DNA of 64,000 bases from Methanomassiliicoccaceae archaeon. GTDB lineage: Archaea; Thermoplasmatota; Thermoplasmata; Methanomassiliicoccales; Methanomassiliicoccaceae. The position numbers and the translations under genes were made by a program. The notes under the pieces are model-generated. The model was given only the letters and a program-made list of their open reading frames with translations. It did not search any database and was not told where the DNA came from. The stretch covers positions 119,717-183,716 of the forward strand of contig CAVSJV010000013.1 in the NCBI GenBank assembly GCA_963728405.1, in the 5' to 3' direction. Positions 41,721 to 52,994 of the stretch are shown piece by piece (position 1 is the first letter of the stretch; each line of letters begins with the position of its first letter).

Positions 41721-42874
41721 CAAGTACTCTTTGGAACGGTGAAGGAAAAGGTCGAACCGCTCTTGCCGTCCGACTCTATCCATATCCGACCATTATGCCG
41801 CTCGATGATCTTCTTACTGATCGCAAGGCCAATGCCTGTTCCCGGGTATGCGTCCCTGGTGTGCAGTCGTTGGAACATCTGGAACAGCTTATCGTGACAC
41901 TTGGGGTCGATGCCGATGCCATTGTCCTTGACAGAGATAGTCCATTCGTTGGTACCCTGTCTAGCGTAGATGTTTATCTTGGGTGGGTCCGGCCCATGGA
42001 ACTTGATGGCATTACTGATGAGGTTCTGCAGCACCTGGCCCATCTGTACCTCGTCCGCCCAGACCATCGGCAGGTGTTCGACCACGGCCTCGGCACCGCT
42101 CTCGTCGATGGCCACCCGCATGTTTTTCAGCACGTTCGTCACGACGGTGTTCATGTCCACGGGGCCAAAGGGCTTCCCCTTGCGCTCCACACGGGAATAC
42201 TCAAGAAGATCATCGATGAGATGCCCCATCCTGGAAGCGCCATCAATGGCGAAGTGAATGAATTCCTCCGCCTTTTCGTCCAGAACCTTTCCTTTGTATC
42301 TTCTTTCTAGAAGGTTGAGGTAGTTGGAGATCATCCTCAGAGGTTCCCCCAGATCATGGGAAGCGATATTGGCGAAATGTTCCAGCTCCTCGTTGCTTCT
42401 CTTCAGCTCTTCTGAGTATTCCTTAAGAGCGGCCTCCGTACGCTTTGACTCGGTAACATCCCTGCCCAGTCCAATGATTCCTATGGGTGTACCGCTGTCA
42501 TCTTTCAGCAGGCTACTGGTTATTGATGCGATAAAAGTGCTTCCGTCCTTGCGCTTGAATGTGATCTCTCCCTTCCAGTGACCGGTCGTATTGAACTCGT
42601 CGACGATCTCCATACCTTTCTCGGCCCTTATCTGGGGGACCACGATATCAAAGATGCTCTTATCGACCGCGTCCCTATCAGATACCTGAGTGAGCACTGT
42701 GGTCTGTTTGTTCCAGAAAACGATCTTACCCTCCAGGTCGGTTATTATTATGGCATCGCTAACTTGGTCAAAAATCGATACCTGTAACTGAATCGGATGC
42801 CGTAAATCGACCGGGGCAACCGAGGCATCACCATTCTGTGATGCCCCTTCATCAGGTTCCTGGGCATTAGGCAC
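41720..42874 (-). CDS. PAS sensor histidine kinase (intact)
   Basis: PAS, ASHDLGEPLR, NLISNAIKF, GTGIGLAI. Confidence 0.92.
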   Translation of the reverse strand: MPNAQEPDEGASQNGDASVAPVDLRHPIQLQVSIFDQVSDAIIITDLEGKIVFWNKQTTVLTQVSDRDAVDKSIFDIVVPQIRAEKGMEIVDEFNTTGHWKGEITFKRKDGSTFIASITSSLLKDDSGTPIGIIGLGRDVTESKRTEAALKEYSEELKRSNEELEHFANIASHDLGEPLRMISNYLNLLERRYKGKVLDEKAEEFIHFAIDGASRMGHLIDDLLEYSRVERKGKPFGPVDMNTVVTNVLKNMRVAIDESGAEAVVEHLPMVWADEVQMGQVLQNLISNAIKFHGPDPPKINIYARQGTNEWTISVKDNGIGIDPKCHDKLFQMFQRLHTRDAYPGTGIGLAISKKIIERHNGRIWIESDGKSGSTFSFTVPKST

Positions 42875-43351
42875 GATGTAACACTGTGTGCCATGATGTA
42901 AATATCTGTTGTTTTTAGTTATCTAATGCAGGGTCGACGGACTGCCTTAACTGTCGTGATGCCTAGCTTATTGTTGTTTAACCGATGACCGGACGAACAA
43001 AGCTGTCGATCCCCCATCTTCATCAGGATGATGTTTCCCGCGCCGACCTGTTCGATCTCAACAACCAGATAAACCAGTGACAATGTATCGATGGGCGTGA
43101 GTGTTCGCCCCATCCCGCCAATTGGAGGTGGTGATCACTGTCGTTCTCCGTGGGCAGGATGCTCGTGTTTTGATGTGAAATGCCCACCAAGGCTGTTAGA
43201 ATCGATTTCTATCTACATGTGTGCACAATCCTTGGGGAAAACTCTGTCAAGGGGATTCCAATCGAGTTCTTACCAAGTGAGAGGCCTCTTTTCGCCCCTA
43301 TTCTACATGTATTAAGGTAGGGACACCGGGATTCTTAAACGAATAGAGAAA

Positions 43352-43771
43352 TTAACAGTTGCATGATTTCTCCCCCAGAAAGATCTCTTTGAGGATGATC
43401 GCCATCTTATCCATCTCCTCGACGGTCATCGGCTTGATGAGATAGCAGACCACTCCGTTCTCCTTGGCCTTTTTCTTATCGATGGGAGAGCTCGAGCCGG
43501 TCAATACCACCACTGTTGTTTTGCTCATGATACTGCGCTTCTTGAAAAAGTCCAGCAATTGATGGCCGCTGAACCTCGGTAGGTTGAGGTCCAGGAGGAT
43601 GAAGTCTACTTCGTTCCCCGCTTCAAAGTACTGAACGGCCTTCTCCCCATCGCTCAACCAAGTAAGGCGATGCTTGAGACCTGTTTCCTTCAGGATCTCC
43701 TGGATGAGATCGGCATCGCCTTCGCTATCCTCGATGAGTGCGATGTTCAACGGTTCGCTCGATGCGCTCAT
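43352..43771 (-). CDS. Single-domain response regulator (intact)
   Basis: LIEDS, LLDLNLP, LTGSS, KPM, ends SCNC. Confidence 0.9.
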   Translation of the reverse strand: MSASSEPLNIALIEDSEGDADLIQEILKETGLKHRLTWLSDGEKAVQYFEAGNEVDFILLDLNLPRFSGHQLLDFFKKRSIMSKTTVVVLTGSSSPIDKKKAKENGVVCYLIKPMTVEEMDKMAIILKEIFLGEKSCNC

Positions 43772-43772
43772 T

Positions 43773-44094
43773 CTACTCTCCCGAGTATGGTAAAGTAGAA
43801 AGTGCTTCATTTACCTTCCTCGGACTCGATCCAGATGCGACCGCCATGACGTTCGACGATCTTTTTACTGATGGCCAGTCCGATTCCGGTTCCGGAGTAT
43901 TCTTCTTGCGTGTGGAGGCGCTGGAACATCTTGAACAGGTTGCCTTGGTACTTTGGATCAATGCCTATGCCGTTGTCCCGGACGCTGAAGACAGACGCTT
44001 GAGCGTCTTGATGCGCAAAGACCACAACCTTCGGTTTATCAGTCCCGTGGAACTTGATGGCATTGCTTATCAGATTTTGAAGAACCTGGTTCAT
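43773..44094 (-). pseudogene. Histidine kinase HATPase fragment
   Basis: MNQVLQNLISNAIKF…GTGIGLAI; 5' part replaced by an integrase remnant. Confidence 0.85.
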
Positions 44095-44284
44095 CGATTT
44101 TTGCCCTCTTCAGGGCAGACTGAAATTCGGCGAGCTGGGTCATCGCCTCGGACTTATTGCCCTTGTTGACGCCGAGGTAGAGAGTGGTCTTGGTGTCCTC
44201 GTGGCCGAGGAGGTCCCGTACCGTTTCTATCTTGACCCCCGCAAGCCACAGGGTCCGGCCGAAGGTCCGGTGGAGGGTGTGGTT
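44095..44284 (-). pseudogene. Tyrosine integrase C-terminal remnant
   Basis: NHTLHRTFGR…VRDLLGHEDTKTTLYLG. Confidence 0.85.
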
Positions 44285-44585
44285 GGTGGCCACCGGTATG
44301 GGTCCCAAATTGATGAAACCTCGGTGGGCTTGAGGCGCTTAATGCCTCGATAACGAAGACGCCCAATATGCTCCAACAATTGGCCTTTAACCGACGTAGC
44401 AGGTCCAAGTATGGTTATAGTGGGCGTTCTGCACACGAAGGGAGTAAGGTAGCTCCCCATCTGCATGGTGGCGAGAAACGAGGGCCTGTCGGATTGGGGG
44501 GAATCGATACGGATGTCGCCAATGGATTCCACGGGTGGTCGTTCCCACTCGCTGATTTATTAACACCAGCCTCTCTTCTTGAATA

Positions 44586-44855
44586 ATGAGGCTGAACATG
44601 ACTGAGAAGAGGCGCAAGAAGCAAGAGGGCGATTCGGAGGCATTTGTTGATAAGGAGGATAAGAAGCCCGAGGACATCTACAATGATGACTCTAGGCAAG
44701 AGATGCTCGAAGATGATGAGATTACAGCCGCGGAGGAGGGATTCATGCGCGGCTGGGAGGGCACCGTGGAAGGTGGGAAGAAACATAAAAAGGATAGCGA
44801 CCACAAAGACACGGCATCTGTCGAGCTGGCCAAGGAACAGTACAATGAGGATTAA
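44586..44855 (+). CDS. Small acidic hypothetical protein
   Basis: DIYNDDSRQEMLEDDEITAAEEGFMRGW; TATA-like TTTATTAA upstream. Confidence 0.7.
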   Translation: MRLNMTEKRRKKQEGDSEAFVDKEDKKPEDIYNDDSRQEMLEDDEITAAEEGFMRGWEGTVEGGKKHKKDSDHKDTASVELAKEQYNED

Positions 44856-45133
44856 TTGATTTCCTAATTCATTGTATGAATTCGTAAATGACATGGGCCG
44901 GGCGAGGATCCCTCCTCGATCGATGAGTAAGACAAAGGAAAAACGCCACAGGGGCAGGGTCGGTGTTCTTACCAATATCTGGGTCCCGATCATCATTTTG
45001 GGAACGATCATGCGGGTTCGATGCGGCCTGGTAGAAATCGGCAAGATGCACCGAGGTGGGCCAGGAACAGCTGACCATTTCTTGGGGCGCTATAATGAAC
45101 CCCGGCCCATTCCTCTTCCGGCTTCTCCCCCTC

Positions 45134-46258
45134 TCACATAGATTTCTTCTTTCTCCTCTTTAAGAAAACGACAGTGCCTATTGCCGCGATCGCTACGACC
45201 GCTCCAAACGCAGCTATCGGTATCCAAAGAGTCACCGGATTCGACTGGTCGGTCACTCTATCATGATAGACAGTGATCTCCGGATCGCTCTTCATCGATA
45301 GCGTATCCTTGTAGATCAGATTCGGGAATCCGTGGGTGACCACTCGCGAATTATGATTATACTGCACTATACTGTCTGAGGAGTCATTGGGCGAATCCAT
45401 CCGGGAATAGCCCATCGCCGAATGAGCCCCGGTTTCATTATAGATCGTAAAACTGTCCTGCATATCCAATTTCGACAGAGTATAGGGAGAGCCATTGTCA
45501 AGCGTCATGTTGTATTCCAAAGTTGTATCCGTATACCTGGATGGTTTGATCGTGTTAAAATCGGGCGGACCCAACTGTAGATCGGGGTCAGTCAACTGCA
45601 TGATGTAATGGATCTCTGCGGTGAAAGGTTCGCCTGCGTTGTATTGACCCAGATTCGTATCGCTGAAATCGAGAAGCGCCTCGACCTTAATGCTCGTCTG
45701 GTTCCAATCCCCTCTGAAATGATTTAGCACTGTCAGATCGAAGGCTGAATCAGGGGCTTCGGAATATGCTCGTATATTCTTGTAAGTGATATTGCATTCC
45801 ATTGTGGGGATCGTGCCATCATATATGACCGGGGAATGCGTTAATTCAAAACCGTCACAGTTCTTCAAAGGCGTGATCAATGTGTCATTCCCTATTTTGA
45901 TCGCTACCTGATCGATCGTGAACATCGCTATGTAGAACTTGCCTCCGATGTAGAACATGAAGTTCATGCCATAGTCCACATATACTCCATTGGAATTGGA
46001 ATAGTTCCTGGCGGCGATGCCTGTCTTCATGTCCCCATGAGTGATCGTAATTCCCCAGGCCTCGTTGTCATAATTGCCCTGAACAGTGTTCCCATTCATC
46101 TCGGGCTTATTGTATTGGTGAGATTCGGTGATCCACGGGGCAGGAACATTTTCGTTGGTCGGATCAGCTGCCCGAGCGAATGGTATCGTGTTCAAGCTAA
46201 TAATTATCAAAAGACTTGCTACTAATATTGCGGTCAATGTCCGGGCCGGGTTCCTCAT
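45134..46258 (-). CDS. Secreted/surface protein with C-terminal TM anchor
   Basis: N-terminal signal peptide (…ARA), beta-rich body, TM helix followed by KRRKKK tail. Confidence 0.8.
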   Translation of the reverse strand: MRNPARTLTAILVASLLIIISLNTIPFARAADPTNENVPAPWITESHQYNKPEMNGNTVQGNYDNEAWGITITHGDMKTGIAARNYSNSNGVYVDYGMNFMFYIGGKFYIAMFTIDQVAIKIGNDTLITPLKNCDGFELTHSPVIYDGTIPTMECNITYKNIRAYSEAPDSAFDLTVLNHFRGDWNQTSIKVEALLDFSDTNLGQYNAGEPFTAEIHYIMQLTDPDLQLGPPDFNTIKPSRYTDTTLEYNMTLDNGSPYTLSKLDMQDSFTIYNETGAHSAMGYSRMDSPNDSSDSIVQYNHNSRVVTHGFPNLIYKDTLSMKSDPEITVYHDRVTDQSNPVTLWIPIAAFGAVVAIAAIGTVVFLKRRKKKSM

Positions 46259-46848
46259 CGCGGAGGATGATCGGTGTAGGCATACTTAGTTCATTGTTGG
46301 AAAGAATGCCATGAAAACGCACTTGTTTCATTTTACCTCATGTATTGCACATCGACCTCCGATCCACATGGGGTGATCTGCGTGGGGGTACGAGGGGACC
46401 TTGAGCTGATGAAACCACTCGACGACGCCTGGAAGGACTACGAGATCGTTAAAGAAAGACTGTTCTACGACGCTGTCGGCATGAAGAAGCAGCTTGGATC
46501 GATGCGGGTATCCTCTCTCAGTACCATAAATAATGCTAAATCTGGATCGAAATGAAAGCACCTGGAGATTGAGCCCTCATTCAGACTGCCCCCATGGTTC
46601 TTACCCACCCATAGGTAGTGCTAGGTGCTCGATTTAAATCTCTAGAACTTTCACGATTGAAAATATTCTCTCCTCATCGAACCCCGACTTAACCATGGTT
46701 TTAGCCCCCATAACAAGAGTGACCAGATTATTTGTTATTTAGAATAATGGTCAATAATGTTAAAGAGATAAAGAAAAAGGGGTTTTTTCATTTCTTCAAT
46801 AACTCTCGAGCAGGATAGTTGAACACTGCTGCGTTCAAACTGCATTTT

Positions 46849-46888
46849 AGCCACTCTGTTTCGTAGGCAGAAATCCAGCTCTGTCCAC
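46849..46888 (+). repeat. att-like site I (tRNA-Ala type)
   Basis: AGCCACT-ctgtttc-GTAGGCAGAA-ATCCAG-CTCTGTCCAC. Confidence 0.85.
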
Positions 46889-47109
46889 TTTTCATCGCAA
46901 TAATAAATGATGACTGTTCATGGAACAGAAATATAGTATCATCTCAAGGCGAGATTAATTTACTATTCCCTTGGGGGCATTTTTAAAGCTATTCTGACCA
47001 TTCTCGCCATTCCCTAGAGTCATAAACAAACGAGAGCCGACCGACCGCAATTATTAGGCTTGTAGCCCATATTGTATAAGCAAATGTTAGCCGACACCAG
47101 GGATTTTTG

Positions 47110-48023
47110 ATGATAGAAACTGAAAATCTAACCAAAAAGTTTGGTGATTTGGTCGCGGTCGATAATCTCACGCTAAACGTTAAAGAAGGAGAGATCTTCG
47201 GCCTTCTTGGTCCGAATGGCGCGGGCAAAACGACAGCTGTCAGGATGCTTTGTTGTCTGATCTCCCCGACAAGTGGCAATGCAAGAGTGGCTGGCTACGA
47301 CACCAACAAACAGGTGGACTCACTTAAGATCAGGAAAATCATCGGGTTCGTCCCCGACAATGTCGGCCTCTATGACGAACTGAGCGCCTATGAGAACCTG
47401 GACTTCTACGGAAAGCTCTATGATTGCACGGAAGCGCAAAGGAAGGAGAACATCGAGCGCTTCCTCAAAATGTTGGGGCTGTGGGACAAGAAGAATGTCG
47501 CTGCTGGTACTTTCTCGAAAGGGATGAAGCAGAAGCTCGCGCTAGCCCGCGCCCTCATTCACGACCCTCAGATATTGTTCATGGATGAGCCGACAGCGAA
47601 CCTAGATCCCGAGGCAGCCAAGACGGTGCAGGGACTTCATTCTGGAATCTGAAAAAGGAGAAGAAGACCATCTTTCTCAACACACACAACCTCGATGAGG
47701 CGCAAAGGATCTGCGACAGGATCGGGATACTAAACACGAGATTGAGAGCAATTGGAAAGCCAGAAGAATTAGAGCGTTCGGTGAGTGGCAGGAAGACCAT
47801 CATTCTGCTAGAACAGGTCAACGATGCCATATTGGCATCTTTGAAAGGACTCTCACTCGGAGACAACGCTATCGAGGGGAACAAGCTATCGATCGATGTG
47901 AAAGACCCGGAAAAAGAGAATCCCGTTATCCTCAACGAGATATTCAAAGCAGGAGGGCGTGTTCAATCGGTGAATGTGGTCGGTTCAACGCTGGAGGAAG
48001 CTTATCTGAAGCTTGTGAGGTGA
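47110..48023 (+). CDS. ABC exporter ATP-binding protein, frameshift near 47625
   Basis: GPNGAGKTT, FSKGMKQK, MDEPT, THNLDEA. Confidence 0.92.
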
Positions 48024-48775
48024 CCGAAATGAGGCTTTCGAAATCATGGGTCATCGCTTCGAAGGATTTCAAGACCTTCAGGAAGAAGAGGAACATAATC
48101 TATTCGACCATCCTCGTCCCCCTAATTGTCTCATTCCTTTTTCCGATCGTAATACAGTTAGCAGGGCAGAAAAATGGGGGGAGCGGGATTTCGGCGGCGG
48201 CGCTTACTACACTTCTGCCAGCTTTTACTTTCTTCTATCTCATCCTCGCAGGGTTCATTCCGACGGCCATCGCATCATACAGCATCGTCGGAGAGAAAGT
48301 GCAGAAATGCTTGGAACCGCTCCTAGCCACTCCGACGACAGACAGCGAGATCTTGCTCGGAAAGGGGATCTCAGCGTTTCTGCCGCCCGTAGTGGCCATC
48401 CTGGGAAGTTCTGTGATCTTCATGGTCCTCGTGGATTTGATAACACAGGGCACATTGGGCTACTACTTTTTTCCGAACTTGAATTCCGCCATTGTCTTTT
48501 TCCTCATGGTTCCTCTTGCCACCATTATGAGCGTCGAATGGAACGTTTTCATATCGGCGAGAGTAAGCGATGTGCGGGTCGCGCAGCAGATTGGGATGCT
48601 GTTGGTCATCCCCTTCGCAGGGATTTATGTTGCTGGTGAACTTGACATAATAGACCTTGGCGTCACAGACAACCTCCTCATCATCGCGGCCATACTTCTA
48701 GTAATTGACGTTCTATTCCTTTACGTCGCCAGAGCCACATTCCGCAGAGATAAGATATTGACGAAATGGAGGTAG
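48020..48775 (+). CDS. ABC-2 type permease
   Basis: SIVGEKVQKCLEPLLATP…ILLGK. Confidence 0.9.
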   Translation: MTEMRLSKSWVIASKDFKTFRKKRNIIYSTILVPLIVSFLFPIVIQLAGQKNGGSGISAAALTTLLPAFTFFYLILAGFIPTAIASYSIVGEKVQKCLEPLLATPTTDSEILLGKGISAFLPPVVAILGSSVIFMVLVDLITQGTLGYYFFPNLNSAIVFFLMVPLATIMSVEWNVFISARVSDVRVAQQIGMLLVIPFAGIYVAGELDIIDLGVTDNLLIIAAILLVIDVLFLYVARATFRRDKILTKWR

Positions 48776-48928
48776 ATGGCATGTCCCGCAATTCACTTTG
48801 GTTCCTAAGCCACACGGGTATCGGCCCTAATGCCATATCTAAGCTAGATCACGGGGGGGAAGTCATCAGAATCATGCTATCTGAAATGATTAGCTAGAAT
48901 AGGGATATGTGGTGAAAACACGAACTCC

Positions 48929-49114
48929 ATGAAATTGGGACTCATACTAATGGGATGCATCATATCAACATTAGGCGTCATCCTGCTTTTGGTACGGGGT
49001 TTCTCAGCGGCTCCTCTTGGAGTGCTCGTGGCAGGCATAATGATACTCATTGCTGGGTTCTTTGGAGGAATACTGAAAAATGGAAGCACCAACAGTGAGG
49101 AGCTCTGCTCGTAA
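48929..49114 (+). CDS. Small 2-TM hypothetical protein
   Basis: Hydrophobic ORF with GGTGA RBS; stop adjacent to next start. Confidence 0.5.
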   Translation: MKLGLILMGCIISTLGVILLLVRGFSAAPLGVLVAGIMILIAGFFGGILKNGSTNSEELCS

Positions 49115-49843
49115 ATGAACCTGGAACATTCGTTCACTATCGCAGAAAAAGAGTGGAAGGTATACCGCAGAACGAAGATCATCTTTGCTTACACCGTTGC
49201 ACTTCCTCTTTTCTTCTCACTCCTTTTTTCAGCCTATGTCAGCAGCTTTGCAGCATATGGGATCCCATCAACATATTCACTAGGCCTCACAATGCTCACT
49301 TTCTTTTTTGTTGTTCTAATAGCTTTCCTACCCAGTTCGATCGCGGCGTATAGCATAATCGGCGAGAAAGTTGAGAAGAGCTTAGAGCCGTTGCTCGCCA
49401 CCCCTACAACCGACAGTGAAATTCTCCTTGGAAAAAGCATCGCTGCTTTCGTGCCGCCTATTCTCGCGACTTGGGCAGGAGCTTCAATTTTCATGGTTGT
49501 AACGGATTACTTGACATACAGTGGTTTATCCTTCTATTATTTTCCCAATTGGGGTGCTGGAGTAATTCTGTTGCTCCTCGCTCCTCTTGCCGCAATTTTT
49601 GGTATTGAAATAGCAGTAATCGCATCATCACGTCTGAACGATGTTCGGGCCGTAAACCAGATCGCGACCCTCACGTTTGCTCCATTCATGCTCGTCTTCG
49701 TTGCGGGATCGATCCAAGCCATTACGCTCAGTATCGACAACCTTCTGATTTTCTGTGGTATTCTGCTGACCATTGATGTGGCTCTGTTCTACATGAGCAG
49801 AGCTACTTTCAAACGAGAGGAGATACTAACGAAGTGGAAATGA
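49115..49843 (+). CDS. ABC-2 type permease (paralog)
   Basis: SIIGEKVEKSLEPLLATP…ILLGK. Confidence 0.9.
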   Translation: MNLEHSFTIAEKEWKVYRRTKIIFAYTVALPLFFSLLFSAYVSSFAAYGIPSTYSLGLTMLTFFFVVLIAFLPSSIAAYSIIGEKVEKSLEPLLATPTTDSEILLGKSIAAFVPPILATWAGASIFMVVTDYLTYSGLSFYYFPNWGAGVILLLLAPLAAIFGIEIAVIASSRLNDVRAVNQIATLTFAPFMLVFVAGSIQAITLSIDNLLIFCGILLTIDVALFYMSRATFKREEILTKWK

Positions 49844-49996
49844 AAGTGAATATGCCAAATGATCAATTTTTGTTAACTCGGAACAGTATGTACCATATTT
49901 TTAAGAGAAATAGAAGAATAGATTTTTCCTGGGCCAGGGGACATTTAAAACGGCAGAACGGGAGAACAGTGTCATTTATAAGGTAGAACGTAGAGG

Positions 49997-50097
49997 AGGT
50001 TTTACCGAGCAAGCGGCTGAACTCGCTTCTTACTGCTATTGACCGAGATAATGAAACATCTGGATGGCCTGAGATTCAAATTCGGGCAGACCCACCA
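49997..50097 (+). repeat. 101-bp direct repeat copy 1, tRNA intron/3'-half-like
   Basis: Differs from 57422-57522 at two positions; ends TTCAAAT-TCGGG-CAGACCC-ACCA. Confidence 0.92.
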
Positions 50098-50400
50098 CAT
50101 ATATAAATAAATCAAATAATAGTGTTCGATCCTGGTCGTAGAAAAGTGCAATTCAAAATCTTACTGCTGCCTAGAAAGATCTCACTGAGAGCATTATGAA
50201 CTACCTAATGGCTCTGAACGCACCTGGAACGCATTGAACAGGCCTATCGCTACCGGCCTGCCCACAGACATCATTTGTGAGCCGAGAAGACTCCTGGATG
50301 TGCCATCACTTTAGTCATACCCGCGATATGCCTACGTTCAGAATCGGAATACCTGCCAGAGAATAAAGGATAAATGAAATCTTGTTTCCAAGAATAAAGG

Positions 50401-50820
50401 ATGAAGTTTTGGGAGCGCGCGATAAGGAAGGGATCGATCTATGCCATTTTGGCCCTTATCCTCTTCATAATCGTCCTGGTGGTTATCGGACTGGTCCTGA
50501 GCCTCGCCCAGACCCTGCTCGATGGACATTACAACCTCGACAAGGGTGAGATTCTCAACTTCTTTGGGGAGCTCCTCCTTGTGGTCATCGGGGTGGAGCT
50601 CTTCGACACTATCAAGGGCCTCCTCAGCGAGTCGCGGGTAAGGGCAGAGTTGGTGCTCCTCGTGGCGGTGACCGCGGTGTCCAGGGAGCTCATCGTCTTT
50701 AACTACGAGAGCGCGGACGGTATGATGATGGTGGGTCTGGGCGTGCTCATCGCTGCTGTCGCCGTTGGGTACTATCTGATCAGCAAGGCACTCTTGAAGG
50801 AGAGCCCTTCGGGCCAGTGA
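50401..50820 (+). CDS. PsiE-family membrane protein
   Basis: LLLVVIGVELFDTI, LVAVTAVSRELI. Confidence 0.85.
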   Translation: MKFWERAIRKGSIYAILALILFIIVLVVIGLVLSLAQTLLDGHYNLDKGEILNFFGELLLVVIGVELFDTIKGLLSESRVRAELVLLVAVTAVSRELIVFNYESADGMMMVGLGVLIAAVAVGYYLISKALLKESPSGQ

Positions 50821-50823
50821 CCT

Positions 50824-51510
50824 ATGAGCAGAGGATACGAGCAATGGGGCCTTCGCTCCACCTCCACCCTGGCCATCCCGGCGGTCGATCCCATCATTGC
50901 CACCACAACCTCAAAGAGGATCGATTCCGGCGCGATCGACAGAGATATCAGCATCAGGAACAGGCATGAGAATTGGCCGAGGCGTGGGATAAACTGTCGG
51001 AATATCCCCTGCCCCTGTGGTCCCGGTCTGGCTGCGGCGATGTTACCGATCATGTGGTTGAAGAGCTGCGAGAAGGTGCTGATGGCGATCACGCTGATCA
51101 CGTTCACGAACAGGACCAGAACCACAATGATCCCCCCAGTGATCTATATGTCATAGTGTGGGGTGCGATAAACGTGGATGGCTCTGCTCAGCCGATGAGG
51201 GAGAGCCCTCTTCCTGCCCTAGCCCACTCCATCCTCGAAACGCCCAAGAATGGCGGTCATCAGGATGCTCACCGTGGCTAGCAACCCGTCGATGGAGATA
51301 AGCAGGACGGCAAGCAGGTTCCCTGTACTGCTCATGGCCAATGAAAGGGGAGATGGACGAGGACAGGTTGGGGGCCCCCACCAGGCCGACGGCAATGTAG
51401 AATATGACCGAGATGACGATGGACCGCATGATGGCCCCGATTTTGATCGCCGTGGCGTCCAGTAGGCCGAGGGAGTGTTTCATCCCAGGGGCGGCCTTCA
51501 ACTTGGGCAC
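50824..51510 (-). pseudogene. APC-family amino acid permease remnants
   Basis: MKHSLGLLDATAIKIGAI joined to IVISVIFYIAVGLVGA; large internal deletions. Confidence 0.55.
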
Positions 51511-51590
51511 TGCGCATAGTTAGCCCATTATCCCGAGTGTCAACATATCCACTGTCCAGTGGGCCGGTCCGCCGGGGGCCGCCAAGATCA

Positions 51591-52163
51591 CTAGTGCGCT
51601 ATTTGGTCAATGGCGACCGTGGCGGCCAGTACGATGATGTCATCCTGCCCTGGCTGGATGTCCACGGTATAGGTATCCCGCATCCGCAGCCACCGCTTGC
51701 TGACCTCGGCGACTTCCCGCCCGTTCTGTTCGAACTTGTACTCATGGTCGGTGATGTTGCCCTTTATCTCCATGTCCGCGCCGGGGAGATTGAGGGTGAA
51801 CCTTTCTCGGACCGGGGTGATCATCGCCTTCTTGACCGTTGCATATTGTACCCCGTTCCTCTCGATGGCCATGGTGTCCTTTATCGCCGCCTTCCTTTCC
51901 TGGATCGTGGCGAGCTCCCGGCCCATCATGTCCTCGAACCTGAGGGTGTTGCGCACCCGGAGGGCCTTCCCATCGACCTTGAAGACCCGCTGGCCTGCCC
52001 CGTTCTGGATGAAGAAGTCGTCCCCTATCGTGAACATCTGCTCCCTCATCACGTACCGCTGGGGGCCGCTAACGGCCGCTCCCGGTTGGGCCATAGGCTG
52101 ACCGGCCTGTGGTGCTGCTTTCTCCCCCCTTGCCTCCTGCCTAACTTCCCTTCGTCTCAGCAT
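51591..52163 (-). CDS. LURP-one/scramblase (Tubby C-like) protein
   Basis: TIGDDFFIQN, KVDGK, AEVSKRWLRMRDTY. Confidence 0.88.
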   Translation of the reverse strand: MLRRREVRQEARGEKAAPQAGQPMAQPGAAVSGPQRYVMREQMFTIGDDFFIQNGAGQRVFKVDGKALRVRNTLRFEDMMGRELATIQERKAAIKDTMAIERNGVQYATVKKAMITPVRERFTLNLPGADMEIKGNITDHEYKFEQNGREVAEVSKRWLRMRDTYTVDIQPGQDDIIVLAATVAIDQIAH

Positions 52164-52319
52164 GTCAATATCTCCTGACCGATTATGCTCACGGCATAGA
52201 CGTCCATCTGGACAGTACATAATGCTTCCTTTTTCGTTTCCACCATTGACATAAGAAAGGGTAAAAGGACAAAGGGGGGGGCCACACTGATCTGCAAACA
52301 CATGTGAGATATGGTTCAG

Positions 52320-52960
52320 CACGGATCGTGGCTACACTTCCTTTCCTTGCCGTTCGCCAGATCATCGTCCTCTTGAACAGCCCCCCTAGGATCATTGACA
52401 CCGATATTGAGATGACGAGCCCGACCGGACACATCGCGATGTTCCGGATCTAAGTGCTCCGACCTCTCCTGCCAGCAATATGGCTGACAGAAGTCTCCCA
52501 GGATCAGTGATAACCGCCCCTTCGATGAAGAGTGCAAAGATGGCGACGGGCACCCCGGGGAAGATCAAGCTCAAGGGTAAGCCCAGCATTGTGCAGGAGA
52601 ACAGCGTGGGGAATATGGGTCGCACAGGAACCCGCTCCAGTTATAGATTCCACGGTGCCTCCGTTGATCACGGTCAGGAGTGCAGATACATTTGGGTCAG
52701 TCCAACGGGGAAAGAAAAGACCAGGACCCCTTCCGGAGTGGTACACCGGTTGTTCATCAAGTGCTCGTTCTTCCAGTGAGGTCATCGAGGAAGGTATAGG
52801 GCCCAAACCAGATTATGGTGAAGATGACCGCCACCAAGCCGATGAGGGCGATCATCCAGATCCTGGGAAGTTGCCCTAAGGCATCCTCTCGATCACATCA
52901 GGAGTGGGGCCCTGTCCCTACTAGGAACGTTTTCGGAGATCGTCTCTCATTGTCCCATGT
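52320..52960 (-). pseudogene. Degenerate membrane-protein remnant, probably a ClC chloride channel
   Basis: PIFPTLFSCTMLGL…FPGVP resembles the ClC GGPIFP helix; multiple stops and frameshifts. Confidence 0.45.
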
Positions 52961-52994
52961 CCCTGGTTAAGGTAACTGCCCTCCCGATGGGACC

